The notes below the pieces were generated by a model that was not told the DNA's origin, searched no databases, and saw only the letters and a list, made by a program, of their open reading frames with translations. Position numbers and translations under genes: made by a program. A DNA stretch of 63,834 bases, counting the filler, from Craspedostauros australis (taxonomy: Eukaryota): the NCBI GenBank assembly GCA_030167865.1. It is 9 parts of 9 records of this genome, joined end to end, with 100 filler letters (N's around TTAATTAATTAA, not from the genome) between each part and the next. Parts side by side here need not be neighbours in the genome. Positions count along the whole stretch, not along the records: positions 17,587 to 40,384 come from JALAGF010004436.1; positions 40,485 to 42,680 come from JALAGF010004437.1; positions 42,781 to 45,914 come from JALAGF010004438.1; positions 46,015 to 49,189 come from JALAGF010004439.1; 5 more parts are not named here. One strand, written 5' to 3'. Numbering within the stretch: the first letter of the stretch is position 1; the number at the start of each line of letters is the position of its first letter. This document shows positions 36,264 to 46,095 of the stretch, piece after piece.

Positions 36264-38534
36264 ATGTTGAGCTGCAAAGCACAGAAGATGATGGCGCTGC
36301 GCCGAACTTTGCGAAGCGATCACCAAAGTCTGCGCAGCATCTGGACTTACGGGTCCAGATCCTCGGGCAGCTGCACATGCGTCGCGTCATCATTGGCGAA
36401 TGCTGTCCGCAACGATGATTCCAAATCAGCAACGCCCAACTCCATACGAGCACGCACGTACACATCGACATCAACATTAGCAGCGGCACCACCACGTGCG
36501 CATGGCGTGCATTCGAAGCGACTGGAGTATCCATCAAGATCTCTGGCATCATCGGCACTGTCGCCGTCGTCGTCTCCGTCATTCACGTCAACTGCTCAGT
36601 TCTCCGCGGCAGCTTCAACTCAGGACAAGAGTCTTCCTGCTTCGCAATCGTCAACGACGGAAACCGCTGCGACAGAATATATCCCCAACAGCAACAAACC
36701 ACTGGGCATGCCAATTCCATTCGATGAGCATGCCTGTTCGGTCTCCCTGCCCACCTGGAGTTCGGTGGTGGGATACGAGGAGGGCGATGAATCCGTGACA
36801 ACCGCGTTGCAGTGCGGGTACCCGCGTTTCGTCTACCACCCCTACGTCATTCAGTTGATGGGCGTCTTCTTGGACAAGCATTCTGGCAACGACGACGAAG
36901 ATTGCCTCGTCCTGCCCACGAAGGAGGCGGCATTGCGCTGCCAGGCATTTTTGCAGCAGGCCTTGGAACGACGCGATGCTTCCGATACGGCGCTGATCGG
37001 TCGGAAAGATTCAGCAGGACAGGACATGCAGCAGCGGGTCACCAGTAGCGCGCCGCCCACTCAGCCAAGCGAAAGCAATCCACAAACCAACTTCGTCTCG
37101 CGCATCCGAACGGCATCGTTGGAGGATGACGGCATTGACATTCACGCCGTCCTTTTCCCTGCCGAAACGTCGGCTGGAATGGAGGCCAAGGCCTACTGGC
37201 AGCACACCGGTGAGTTGGTCAGCAGTCGATGTGCCGAATTCGCATTGCGGGAATTGGGCATGCCCATCTCGAAGCGTGTGGCGTGCTGTCCCAAGTCCGG
37301 CGATCCTGTAGTCAAACATAACTGCGATGTGCATGATGGAGTTATACAACAGCAGCCGCATCAGCAGCAGCAGCAACAGCAGGAGGAGGAGTCAGCCTCC
37401 GCAACACTCGAGACTGCAGCAGAGGACGTGTCATCGAGCAAACCATCCACAGCGTTGAAGCATCGCATCATGGAATGGACGCATGTGCCGGAAGAGAACA
37501 TCTTCCTCACGCAAAGTGGAATGTCCTCCATCTACAAGGCCCTGCGATCCAGCCGCAGGTACCAAATGGAGAAGGACCCGATGAGCCGCGGCGGCACCTC
37601 CATCGTCTTCGGTTTCCCCTACCTGGACACTCTCAAGATGTGCTCGCGAACCGAATTCTCCCCCGACGGTGTCGAATTCTTTGGGAAGGGCGACGATCTG
37701 GATCTGCGATTGCTGGAACGCCTAATGCAGCAACGCAAGGACGCCAAATGGAGCGCATTGATGACGGAGGCCCCATCCAACCCGTTGCTACAGTGTCCCG
37801 ATCTAGAAAAGCTGCGGGAGCTGGCGGATAAGCACGACTTCTGTTTGGTCGTCGACGACACGATCGGCAACTTCCTCAACATCGACCTCATCGATTCCGG
37901 ATTGGCAGACGCCGTCTGCACATCCCTCACCAAGCTCGTGTCTGGCCGCGGTGACGCCATGGCAGGCAGCATCATCCTCAACCCCAACACCGAAAAGGGA
38001 CGATGGATGCAGCAGGACATGATGAAGGACACAGACGTCGGCGGCGGCTTGCACGAATCCGACGCCCGTGCCATGGTCCACAACAGCGCCGACTTCCCGC
38101 AGCGCAACGACAAGATCAACGAGACGGCAGAACAGCTGGCCGACTTTCTCAATGACCACCCCGATGTCGAGAAGGTGTGGTACCCCAAATTCTGTGCGCC
38201 CCTCTATGCCGAATACCTCAAGACCAACGGCGGGTACGGAGGACTGATGTCCATCCACCTCGACTCGCACATGTGTCAGAGGACGTTCTACGATGTGCTC
38301 GACGTCGCGAAGGGTCCGTCGTTGGGGACCAATTTCACGCTGGTGTGTCCCTACACGCTGCTGGCGCATTATCATGAGTTGGATTTTGCCATGAGCTACG
38401 ATGTCTCACCCAACCTCATCCGCATCGCTGTGGGATTGGAGGACTTTGATACGCTGCGCGATAAGTTCGACGAAGCCTTGAAGACGTGCGAGTTGTATCC
38501 CAAGCTGTCGTCCAGCGGTGGTTACGCCAAATGA
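36264..38534 (+). CDS. Cystathionine gamma-synthase, long fungal Str2-like type, with N-terminal extension
   Basis: HACSVSLPTWSSVVGYEEG...GYPRF, SGMSSI, FGFPYLDTLK, EAPSNPLL, VVDDTIG, PLP Lys in SLTKLVSG, KGPSLGTNFTLVCPYTLLAHY and LIRIAVGLE. Confidence 0.9.
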   Translation: MLSCKAQKMMALRRTLRSDHQSLRSIWTYGSRSSGSCTCVASSLANAVRNDDSKSATPNSIRARTYTSTSTLAAAPPRAHGVHSKRLEYPSRSLASSALSPSSSPSFTSTAQFSAAASTQDKSLPASQSSTTETAATEYIPNSNKPLGMPIPFDEHACSVSLPTWSSVVGYEEGDESVTTALQCGYPRFVYHPYVIQLMGVFLDKHSGNDDEDCLVLPTKEAALRCQAFLQQALERRDASDTALIGRKDSAGQDMQQRVTSSAPPTQPSESNPQTNFVSRIRTASLEDDGIDIHAVLFPAETSAGMEAKAYWQHTGELVSSRCAEFALRELGMPISKRVACCPKSGDPVVKHNCDVHDGVIQQQPHQQQQQQQEEESASATLETAAEDVSSSKPSTALKHRIMEWTHVPEENIFLTQSGMSSIYKALRSSRRYQMEKDPMSRGGTSIVFGFPYLDTLKMCSRTEFSPDGVEFFGKGDDLDLRLLERLMQQRKDAKWSALMTEAPSNPLLQCPDLEKLRELADKHDFCLVVDDTIGNFLNIDLIDSGLADAVCTSLTKLVSGRGDAMAGSIILNPNTEKGRWMQQDMMKDTDVGGGLHESDARAMVHNSADFPQRNDKINETAEQLADFLNDHPDVEKVWYPKFCAPLYAEYLKTNGGYGGLMSIHLDSHMCQRTFYDVLDVAKGPSLGTNFTLVCPYTLLAHYHELDFAMSYDVSPNLIRIAVGLEDFDTLRDKFDEALKTCELYPKLSSSGGYAK

Positions 38535-39919
38535 ACTGGACTGGGACGTTAGTGAAAGGGAAGCAATCGCATGCACTTGCACGCTTGTGTTTCTCCGCAC
38601 AACTGCATTGTATTATGATGTGGTTTCATATTACGCAATACATGAATGTGGCTGTGCTCGCATCAAGCTACAGCTACAACTACTACTATTCCATTCGGTT
38701 TCCAGAGGGTGTTCGCATGGTGGAGAGTAGCATCATTGTTTCATTCTCCTTGCCGTCGCGATACAAATGGTGCTCGCTGGCATCTGTGAGCGTCACTATC
38801 TTGGCTTGATCATGATGATGGGAACACATGCCTGTTGGTTGCGCTCTGGCTTAGATCATCCACACTCGTACTATACCATGTGAATCTCTAACCCAATTTA
38901 GCTACTATTCCTATGTCCAGGAATTGGCCAATGATCATGCCGTCCTTGGCGCAGGTGAGCAGCATGATGAAGTCCGCATTCGACATTTGTGATATAGTCT
39001 CACACGGTGTCTATAAATTCGAATTCGACTTTAACAGACAATGCTAAATATACCGCACCTTTCACATGTTGAAGAAGGCCATATTTGATAGGCTTAATAC
39101 ACTATTCAATAGTACTTGATAGGCCAAACGTTGTTCTTGAAACGACCTTCCAACAAGGACACACCCAAAACTGTCCCCAGATCGACGCAATCCAGTCGTG
39201 CCACGAGGTGGTGTTGGTCTCGAAACGGAATGGAGAAGGCGAAGAAAACAAGCTGTCAGAGTTTGTGCGTGGTTCATGATTCCGCGACACACGTCATCGA
39301 CAAACGTGAGGCGGACTTCAAAGGAGAAGCGAATCAGGGAAGAGAAACTCAACCCCTCCAATCCAACGAGCGAATCCAGTCACGAGTATTTGATGAGTCA
39401 CGAACAGCAATGGGCAACGACAACCACAGAAACAGCCACAGAAGGCACAACGCAGACAAAGAGGCAGGCGAAACGAAACGGTCGCAATCTGTCAAACAAC
39501 ACAATTGGGTATAATCTTGTAGCCAGTTGGCGTCTACCATACGTTCTAATCCTCCATCATTGCTGCGTGTCCAATTCCGCCAAGGGTACAAACGACCGTG
39601 CATCAAGGGAGCTTCGCCTTCCGATCGTGACAAGCATCATCGGTTCCGCTTTTTCGCTCAGCCCTGATGAGCCGGCAGGCACTCCTCGTCTCTTCTCTCT
39701 CACCCTCTGGTTCGTCCTCGCTCGCCGTCTTTTGTTGATGTTTCGTGTGTGTGTGTGTGTCGGATTGTTGTTGGCGCTCGGCCAGCAAACCCAGAATACT
39801 GCCACAAGCAGAAACCAAACAGCGATCGAGCCTCGACTGCACACAAATACGTGCAGCACGATTACAACAATCCACCACAGACATACCGTCCGATACAACA
39901 CCACATCAGACACATCAAG

Positions 39920-40384
39920 ATGATTTCTGCCACAGTACGTGTCGTCACACGCAGATCACTCCGTTGTGGACTGACACCGCCCACACGTATCAGGACAGGA
40001 CGAATGCAAGTGTCGATCCATCGACCGTCAATGACGCCTCGCCAACAACTGGGCATGTCGATGAGCATCATGCCGACAAGTACCGATTATGACTCAGTGA
40101 GAGACAACAAAGAAACAATGCAAACGCAGACAGACAGCGCCCGCCCTTCGCTGGCCTCACCCGAACACAGTGTGATTGCTGACATTCTCCAGGACAACGA
40201 GGTGTTCATGGAAGGCTCGGCCATCGGCAAGGGTCTGCGCCACGCCACTCGCCATTTCCTCCGCAGGGAGCAGGCCATTGCCAAGACGAACGGGTCCGAC
40301 ATCACCGACGAGGCATTCTACGTGTGCGATCTGGGCAGCATTGTGCAGCAGTACATGCAATGGAAGCATCGCTTACCCCGCGTT
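39920..40384 (+). CDS. ODC: Ornithine decarboxylase (fold III PLP), 5' part only, cut by the contig end
   Basis: AFYVCDLGSIVQQYMQWKHRLPRV matches the eukaryotic ODC segment just before PFYAVKCN. Arg-rich N-terminal extension. Substrate specificity cannot be seen. Confidence 0.8.
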
Positions 40385-40484
40385 NNNNNNNNNNNNNNNN
40401 NNNNNNNNNNNNNNNNNNNNNNNNNNNNTTAATTAATTAANNNNNNNNNNNNNNNNNNNNNNNNNNNNNNNNNNNNNNNNNNNN

Positions 40485-42680
40485 AAGAAGGCCGACGAGC
40501 AGGCCAACACAGCAACACAAGGACACGACAAGAGCGGGCACGAGATGGTACTCTCAGCAAAGGACATGTCGCTCTGCATGTTGGTGTCCGACGACTACAT
40601 CGAAGACTCCTTCTTCGATAACTTCGCGTGCGTCGGAAGTGACGACGAAGTACAGGACGATGAGATCGTCCCGGAGTGGCTCAGTGAGGAGCCAATCATC
40701 CACGAGGTGGATCCAAGACGCGAAGTGAGNTACGAATGCTGCTTCAACGCGCACGACCTGATCGGTTCATACGGCGACGAAGCTGAGATGGACAACAAGG
40801 CCAACGATAGCGACATCGAAGAGGCCATGAGCGATGACGACGATGACGCCGACGAGGACGGCGCAGATGAAGGCGACGAGGTGAACCACGACGAGTTGCC
40901 TCCTCCTCAAGCTGGGAGATACGAGAGAACGGGGACCTTCATTAATCGAGGCCAAGGCGAAACGAACCGCAGCGCGGCGCCACCTCCTCCAGCGGCGGGG
41001 AACAACAGATCGGGCATCTTCGACGAGGATGACAGCGACGAATCCGAGGACAGCAATCATCCAGACGACAGCTTCAATCCAAACGAGCGTGTCATCTACC
41101 CAGGGAATATCGACTTCCCACCAATCGAGGATCCCAACAGGTCCAACTACCTCCATCGTCATGACACCGTCCCGTATGCAACAGAGACAGCATTGGTGAT
41201 CCAGAAGCAACTCATCTTCGATGCAGTAATGGAAGCAGGAGTGGGACTGTTCCCAGGAGTCGCACAAGGAGTGCTGAGACCAATATGGGTGAACATGATG
41301 GGATCGATCCTATCCGAGAACTTCAGATCAATCGAAGAGATTCTCGCCAATTCGGTTGTGATCAATCGCATACTAGAAGCAGCCGAGACAGAGACGATCC
41401 CAGAGACGGATCTTCACTACATCCTTGGAGGATGTATGCGCGTACTCTTACGCGAACGACCACGCGTCTACCCATACGATCCAGCCACAGGATCACATCG
41501 AAGCAACACGATTCCATCGGACTATGCGCAACTACCCGATGACATGGACGATGAAGAGCACCGCAATCCATACAACGAAGATGGAATCCACGATAACGAC
41601 GATGACGGCAGCTTCAACGACGAGATAGCTGCAGCAGCCGTGGAGCAGCTCCATGAGCTGAGCACCAGATACAAGGACAAGGTCAACAAGGACACCTGGC
41701 TCGCCAACAGCGGAGCTTCGTGTCACATCGTCAACTCGGACACCGCTTTCTTCAACGTGCGGCACATCAAGTCCTTCGTCCAAGTGGGAGACAGCACGAA
41801 GCTGGATTCTCCCAAGATGGGATCCATTCGCTTGAAGGTCAAGCAGCGAGACAACACTGGCCACATCATCTGGCTCGATGACGTGAAGTACACACCGAAA
41901 ATGGCGGTGAACCTTTTCTCTACGAACAAGGCTCTGTACAACGGTTACCAGCTTGGTAACAATGGCATTCTGATGGACATCATCAACGGATCCGGAACGA
42001 AGATCGTGTTCGATCGAGTCTTCCCTACATCCAACAGGTTCATCACAGGAGTGCAGATGCACCCCATCATGCCAACTGACGATGACAAGGCTTCCACAGC
42101 CATCATCAAGAATCCATCCAAGGAGATCAGCGCAGTGAACTTGCACCGAATGCTCGGCCACGCGCCACTCGAGACCATGAAGCAGACGGCCGCTCAGTAT
42201 GGATGGAAGATCATTGGCGAGATGCCGGTATGCCGCGACTGCGCGGTCGCGAACGCAAGAGTGAAGAATATTCCGAAGGCAACCATTCCGAGAGCAACTC
42301 GCCGTGGCAAACGTCTGTTCATTGACATTAGTTACACTAAACACATAAGCTTTGGAGATAAACGCTACTGGACCCTGATCGTGGACGACTGCACGGATCA
42401 CTGCTGGAGTTTCTTTCTCAAGAACAAAAGTGATCAACCAGGGTACATCAAACGGTTCGTTCAAACGATCAAGTCACAGACTGGTGAACAACAGATCATC
42501 TTCCGAGGAGACAACAGCGGAGAGAACAAGTCCACGCAGGATATTCTCATCGATGCAGGACTCAACGTGAAATTCGAATTCACGGCATCGAACACACCGC
42601 AACAGAACGGCAGAGTGGAACGCAAGTTCGCGTACCTCTATACCAAGATCCGCTCCATGCTCAACGGAGCACAACTCGAC
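40485..42680 (+). mobile_element. Ty1/copia polyprotein fragment: long post-Gag spacer, protease (D to N), GAG-pre-integrase, integrase core
   Basis: TWLANSGASCH, LHRMLGH...CRDC, RLFIDISY, IVDDCTDHCW, RGDNSGEN and QQNGRVER. PR-IN order indicates Copia. Confidence 0.93.
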
Positions 42681-42780
42681 NNNNNNNNNNNNNNNNNNNN
42701 NNNNNNNNNNNNNNNNNNNNNNNNTTAATTAATTAANNNNNNNNNNNNNNNNNNNNNNNNNNNNNNNNNNNNNNNNNNNN

Positions 42781-45700
42781 TGTGAAGCTCATCGAGCTCA
42801 AGTTCGAGAACATCGAAAAGCAGATGACTATCGAAGACATCCGTGAAGCAGTGAGTGCCACCTATGACGCACGTCACATCAAGCAAGGAGGTAGTAAGCG
42901 CGAGAACAATAGCAAGGAAGAAATGGCACTCGCCGCCACTGGTGGCTTCAAGGGCCACTGCCGCAATTGCGGTGCCTACAGGCACAAGAAGGCAGACTGC
43001 CGCTCTGCGCCTAAGAACAAAGGAGGCAAGCCCACGAAGAAGAACAAGAGAAGTGATACTGAGGACAAGACCAAGTTCAACGGAAACTNCAAGTACTGCG
43101 GTAAGAAGGGACACAAGATCCTCGAGTGCTTCAAGTTGAAGGCAGCGATGAGAGCAGCCGACGCCGCCAACGTGGCCACCGACGGCATGGACGGAACAGA
43201 CGACGTCGCCCTCGTGATGGTCGACGAACCGATGTGGTTACCCGAAGACGCAGCGACAGACAACGCTGCATTCGTTGTGGTAGATGAACCCATGTGGTTG
43301 CCTGCCAACGACGGAGCGGACGAAGTTGGTCTCGTGATGACCGATGAATCAATGTGGTTACCCGACGAAGACAAGTCGGTCAACAACGAAGAATTGGTGT
43401 GTTTCCCCACCNNNNNNNNNNNNNNNNNNNNNNNNNNNNNNNNNNNNNNNNNNNNNCCAAGAATCGTGACAATCGACGAAATCACGAACATCAAGAAAAA
43501 CCAAACAATCAACACCACCAACATGGCGCACTACGAGTCGTTCTTCAACGACATGGCCCTTGCGACCACCAACGAAGACATGATCGGACTCGACCTCGAA
43601 GAAGAGGACGAGTACTCTGAAGAGGAACGAGAGGCCCACACCCCAAGTGTGTACGGATACTACGGGCCCCCAGTTGCTGCAGTTGAGACCATCAACCGCG
43701 AGCAATTCCCATCAAGTGATGAAGACGATTACACCGACGAAGACAATCTCTTCGAGGGGATCGTCTACGAGGATGAACCCCTCAACGTCGGAGACATCAT
43801 GGAGAATGAAGTAGCGATGCCTGGAGTCGACCATCGCGTCACCTCCACCATCTACTCTCGAACCGAACCAAGGACTCTGGTCGATCGAATGATTGAAGAG
43901 TCGTCCCGCAACGGGGGAAGCACCGCAGGATGGTGCCCGCTGTGTTTCCAGTGCGGCCCTCTCTACGCCATGTGCAAGACATGCCGTAACTCGCCGTTCC
44001 TCATCCAATTGGCAACCCCCCTCCCCCCCCCCTCCCCCCGCCAGGGCGGTGCCTACAACGATCCAAGACATCATGACGCGCCGCCAGAAGCTCTGGACTG
44101 CAGGACCCCTGCACGTCGCAATGAGATACTCTCTCAGCAACATGATGGTTGCTGATGAAGTACGCTCGGAGCTCGCCCTACTGTGCTGCAACGCAGCGCA
44201 TGCGTACACTGAAGGAGGAGGAGAAAGCCTGAATCCTCGCACACTCTACTACATGATGCACCGCATCGACGTGTTCACGCCACTGCAAATGGTGCAAGCC
44301 GTGCAACACATCAACGCAAGACTTGAGGAGCTCAACCTGCCTCCCATCCACAGAGGGCTCATCGACAGCCTGGTTCAGCACGCCGCAGAGATGCTGATGT
44401 GGATGCACCATCCAAGCGACCAAGGAGTCCGAGATCCTGAGGAATTCAATCAGCTCCCCATCTACCGAGCGGTCGATGCACAACCAGACATGGCCATGGT
44501 GATCGGTGACCTCGAAGACGCTCAACCAGACATGGCCATGGTGATCGGTGACCTCGACGATGCAAGCGCACTCCGCCACACCATCGCCCCCGACCATCAC
44601 GAAGCAAACACCTGACTGGGTGATTCCGGTGCCTCATGCCACCTCACCAATAGCGAAGAGGGCATGATTAACGTGCGAGTGGCCAACCACTCCATCAAGA
44701 TCGGCAGTGGCCGATACCTCAAGGCAACGAAGGTTGGCGATAAATGCATGGTCGTGATGCAGAAGAACGGGAACCAAGCTACCATCGTGCTCAAGCAAGT
44801 GAAGTTCGTGCCCAACCTGTGGGTGAACCTCTTGAGCATCAACAAGGCTCTCGAGAACGGTTTCGACATCAGCAACCAAGGTGTCGTGATGAGCTTGGAG
44901 AAGCGCGGGCAACGCATCACGTTCGACAGACTCATGGCAACCCATAGCGGTTTTGTGAGTGGAGTGAACATGATCAGCGCCCCTCCCCACGAAGACCAAG
45001 CCAATGTCGGCGTGTCCACCGGGTCCGCGGTGGACATCAACCAAATTCATAAAATGTTAGGCCATGTTGACACTTACACGATCTCTCGCACAGCGGGACG
45101 ATACGGTTGGAATGTCACAGGCAAGTTGCATGCNNNNNNNNNNNNNNNNNNNGGAAAACAGAAGCAGAAGTCAATGACAAAACGCCTGCAGCGCCGAGCA
45201 AAAGAAATTGGTGAGCGGTTGTTCATTGATACATCGAGTGTTCAAACGCACAGCTACGGACAAGGAAAGTATTGGCTCCTTGTCATCGATGATTACAGTG
45301 ATTACTGCTGGAGTTACTTTCTGAAAGAGAAAAGTGAAGTCGGAGAAAAACTGATCGCGCTCCTCCGATGGCTTCACTCCAACCAACAGACACATGTGAA
45401 AAATATCAGATGTAACAACGCGGGAGAGAATTACTCCGCGGAGAAACAGCTTCTCGACGCAGGGTTCGGTCCAACGTTCGAATACACTGCCGCTTCCACT
45501 CCCCAACAGAACGGTCGCGTGGAAAGAAAATTCGCGACGTTGTACGGGAAAGTTCGCTCCATGCTCAACCAAACGCATCTACCCAAAGCAGTGCGTGGAA
45601 AATTGTGGGCGGAAGCAGCTCGAACCGCGACTCAGCTCGAAAATATTATCGAGACAAAGACAAGAGAACCAGCATGTGTTCTCTTCAACAACCGCATCCC

Positions 45701-45914
45701 AACATTAGTGGATGGATTACGAAAATTCGGAGAAATAGGTATGGTATACATCGGCGGTCGTACGATGAAGGCTAAGCTGGACGATAGATCCAGACCAGCC
45801 ATGTTCGTTGGGTACGGCCAATCGCACGCGAAGGGAGTATATCGAATGCTGAATCTCGCAACAACCAAGATCCTAATCACGAGAGACGTGACATGGATGA
45901 ATCAGTCATACGGG
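42781..45914 (+). mobile_element. Defective Ty1/copia element: Gag with two zinc knuckles, extra domain, protease, integrase
   Basis: CRNCGAYRHKKADC and xKYCGKKGHKILEC; frameshift near the poly-C at 44016-44039; TGA at 44613 in T*LGDSGASCH; HKMLGH, LFIDTS, IRCNNAGEN, QQNGRVER and KLDDRSRPAMFVGY. Confidence 0.93.
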
Positions 45915-46095
45915 NNNNNNNNNNNNNNNNNNNNNNNNNNNNNNNNNNNNNNNNNNNNTTAATTAATTAANNNNNNNNNNNNNNNNNNNNNNNNNNNNNN
46001 NNNNNNNNNNNNNNTATTGGATTGATCACCCAGGCGGCGTAGTAAGTGCAGTGTTTGGTGCTCCCCTCTTGTCCTGTGTGTAATTGCTGATTATC

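Noticed and set aside
44613..44615. TGA before the protease motif as programmed readthrough
   Set aside because: It replaces the conserved Trp codon of WxxDSGAS, so a TGG to TGA mutation is simpler, and the copy has other lesions.
40385..46014. Apparent tandem or nested array of Copia elements, or an insertion into ODC
   Set aside because: Each piece is a separate contig joined by spacers, so their order is not evidence.
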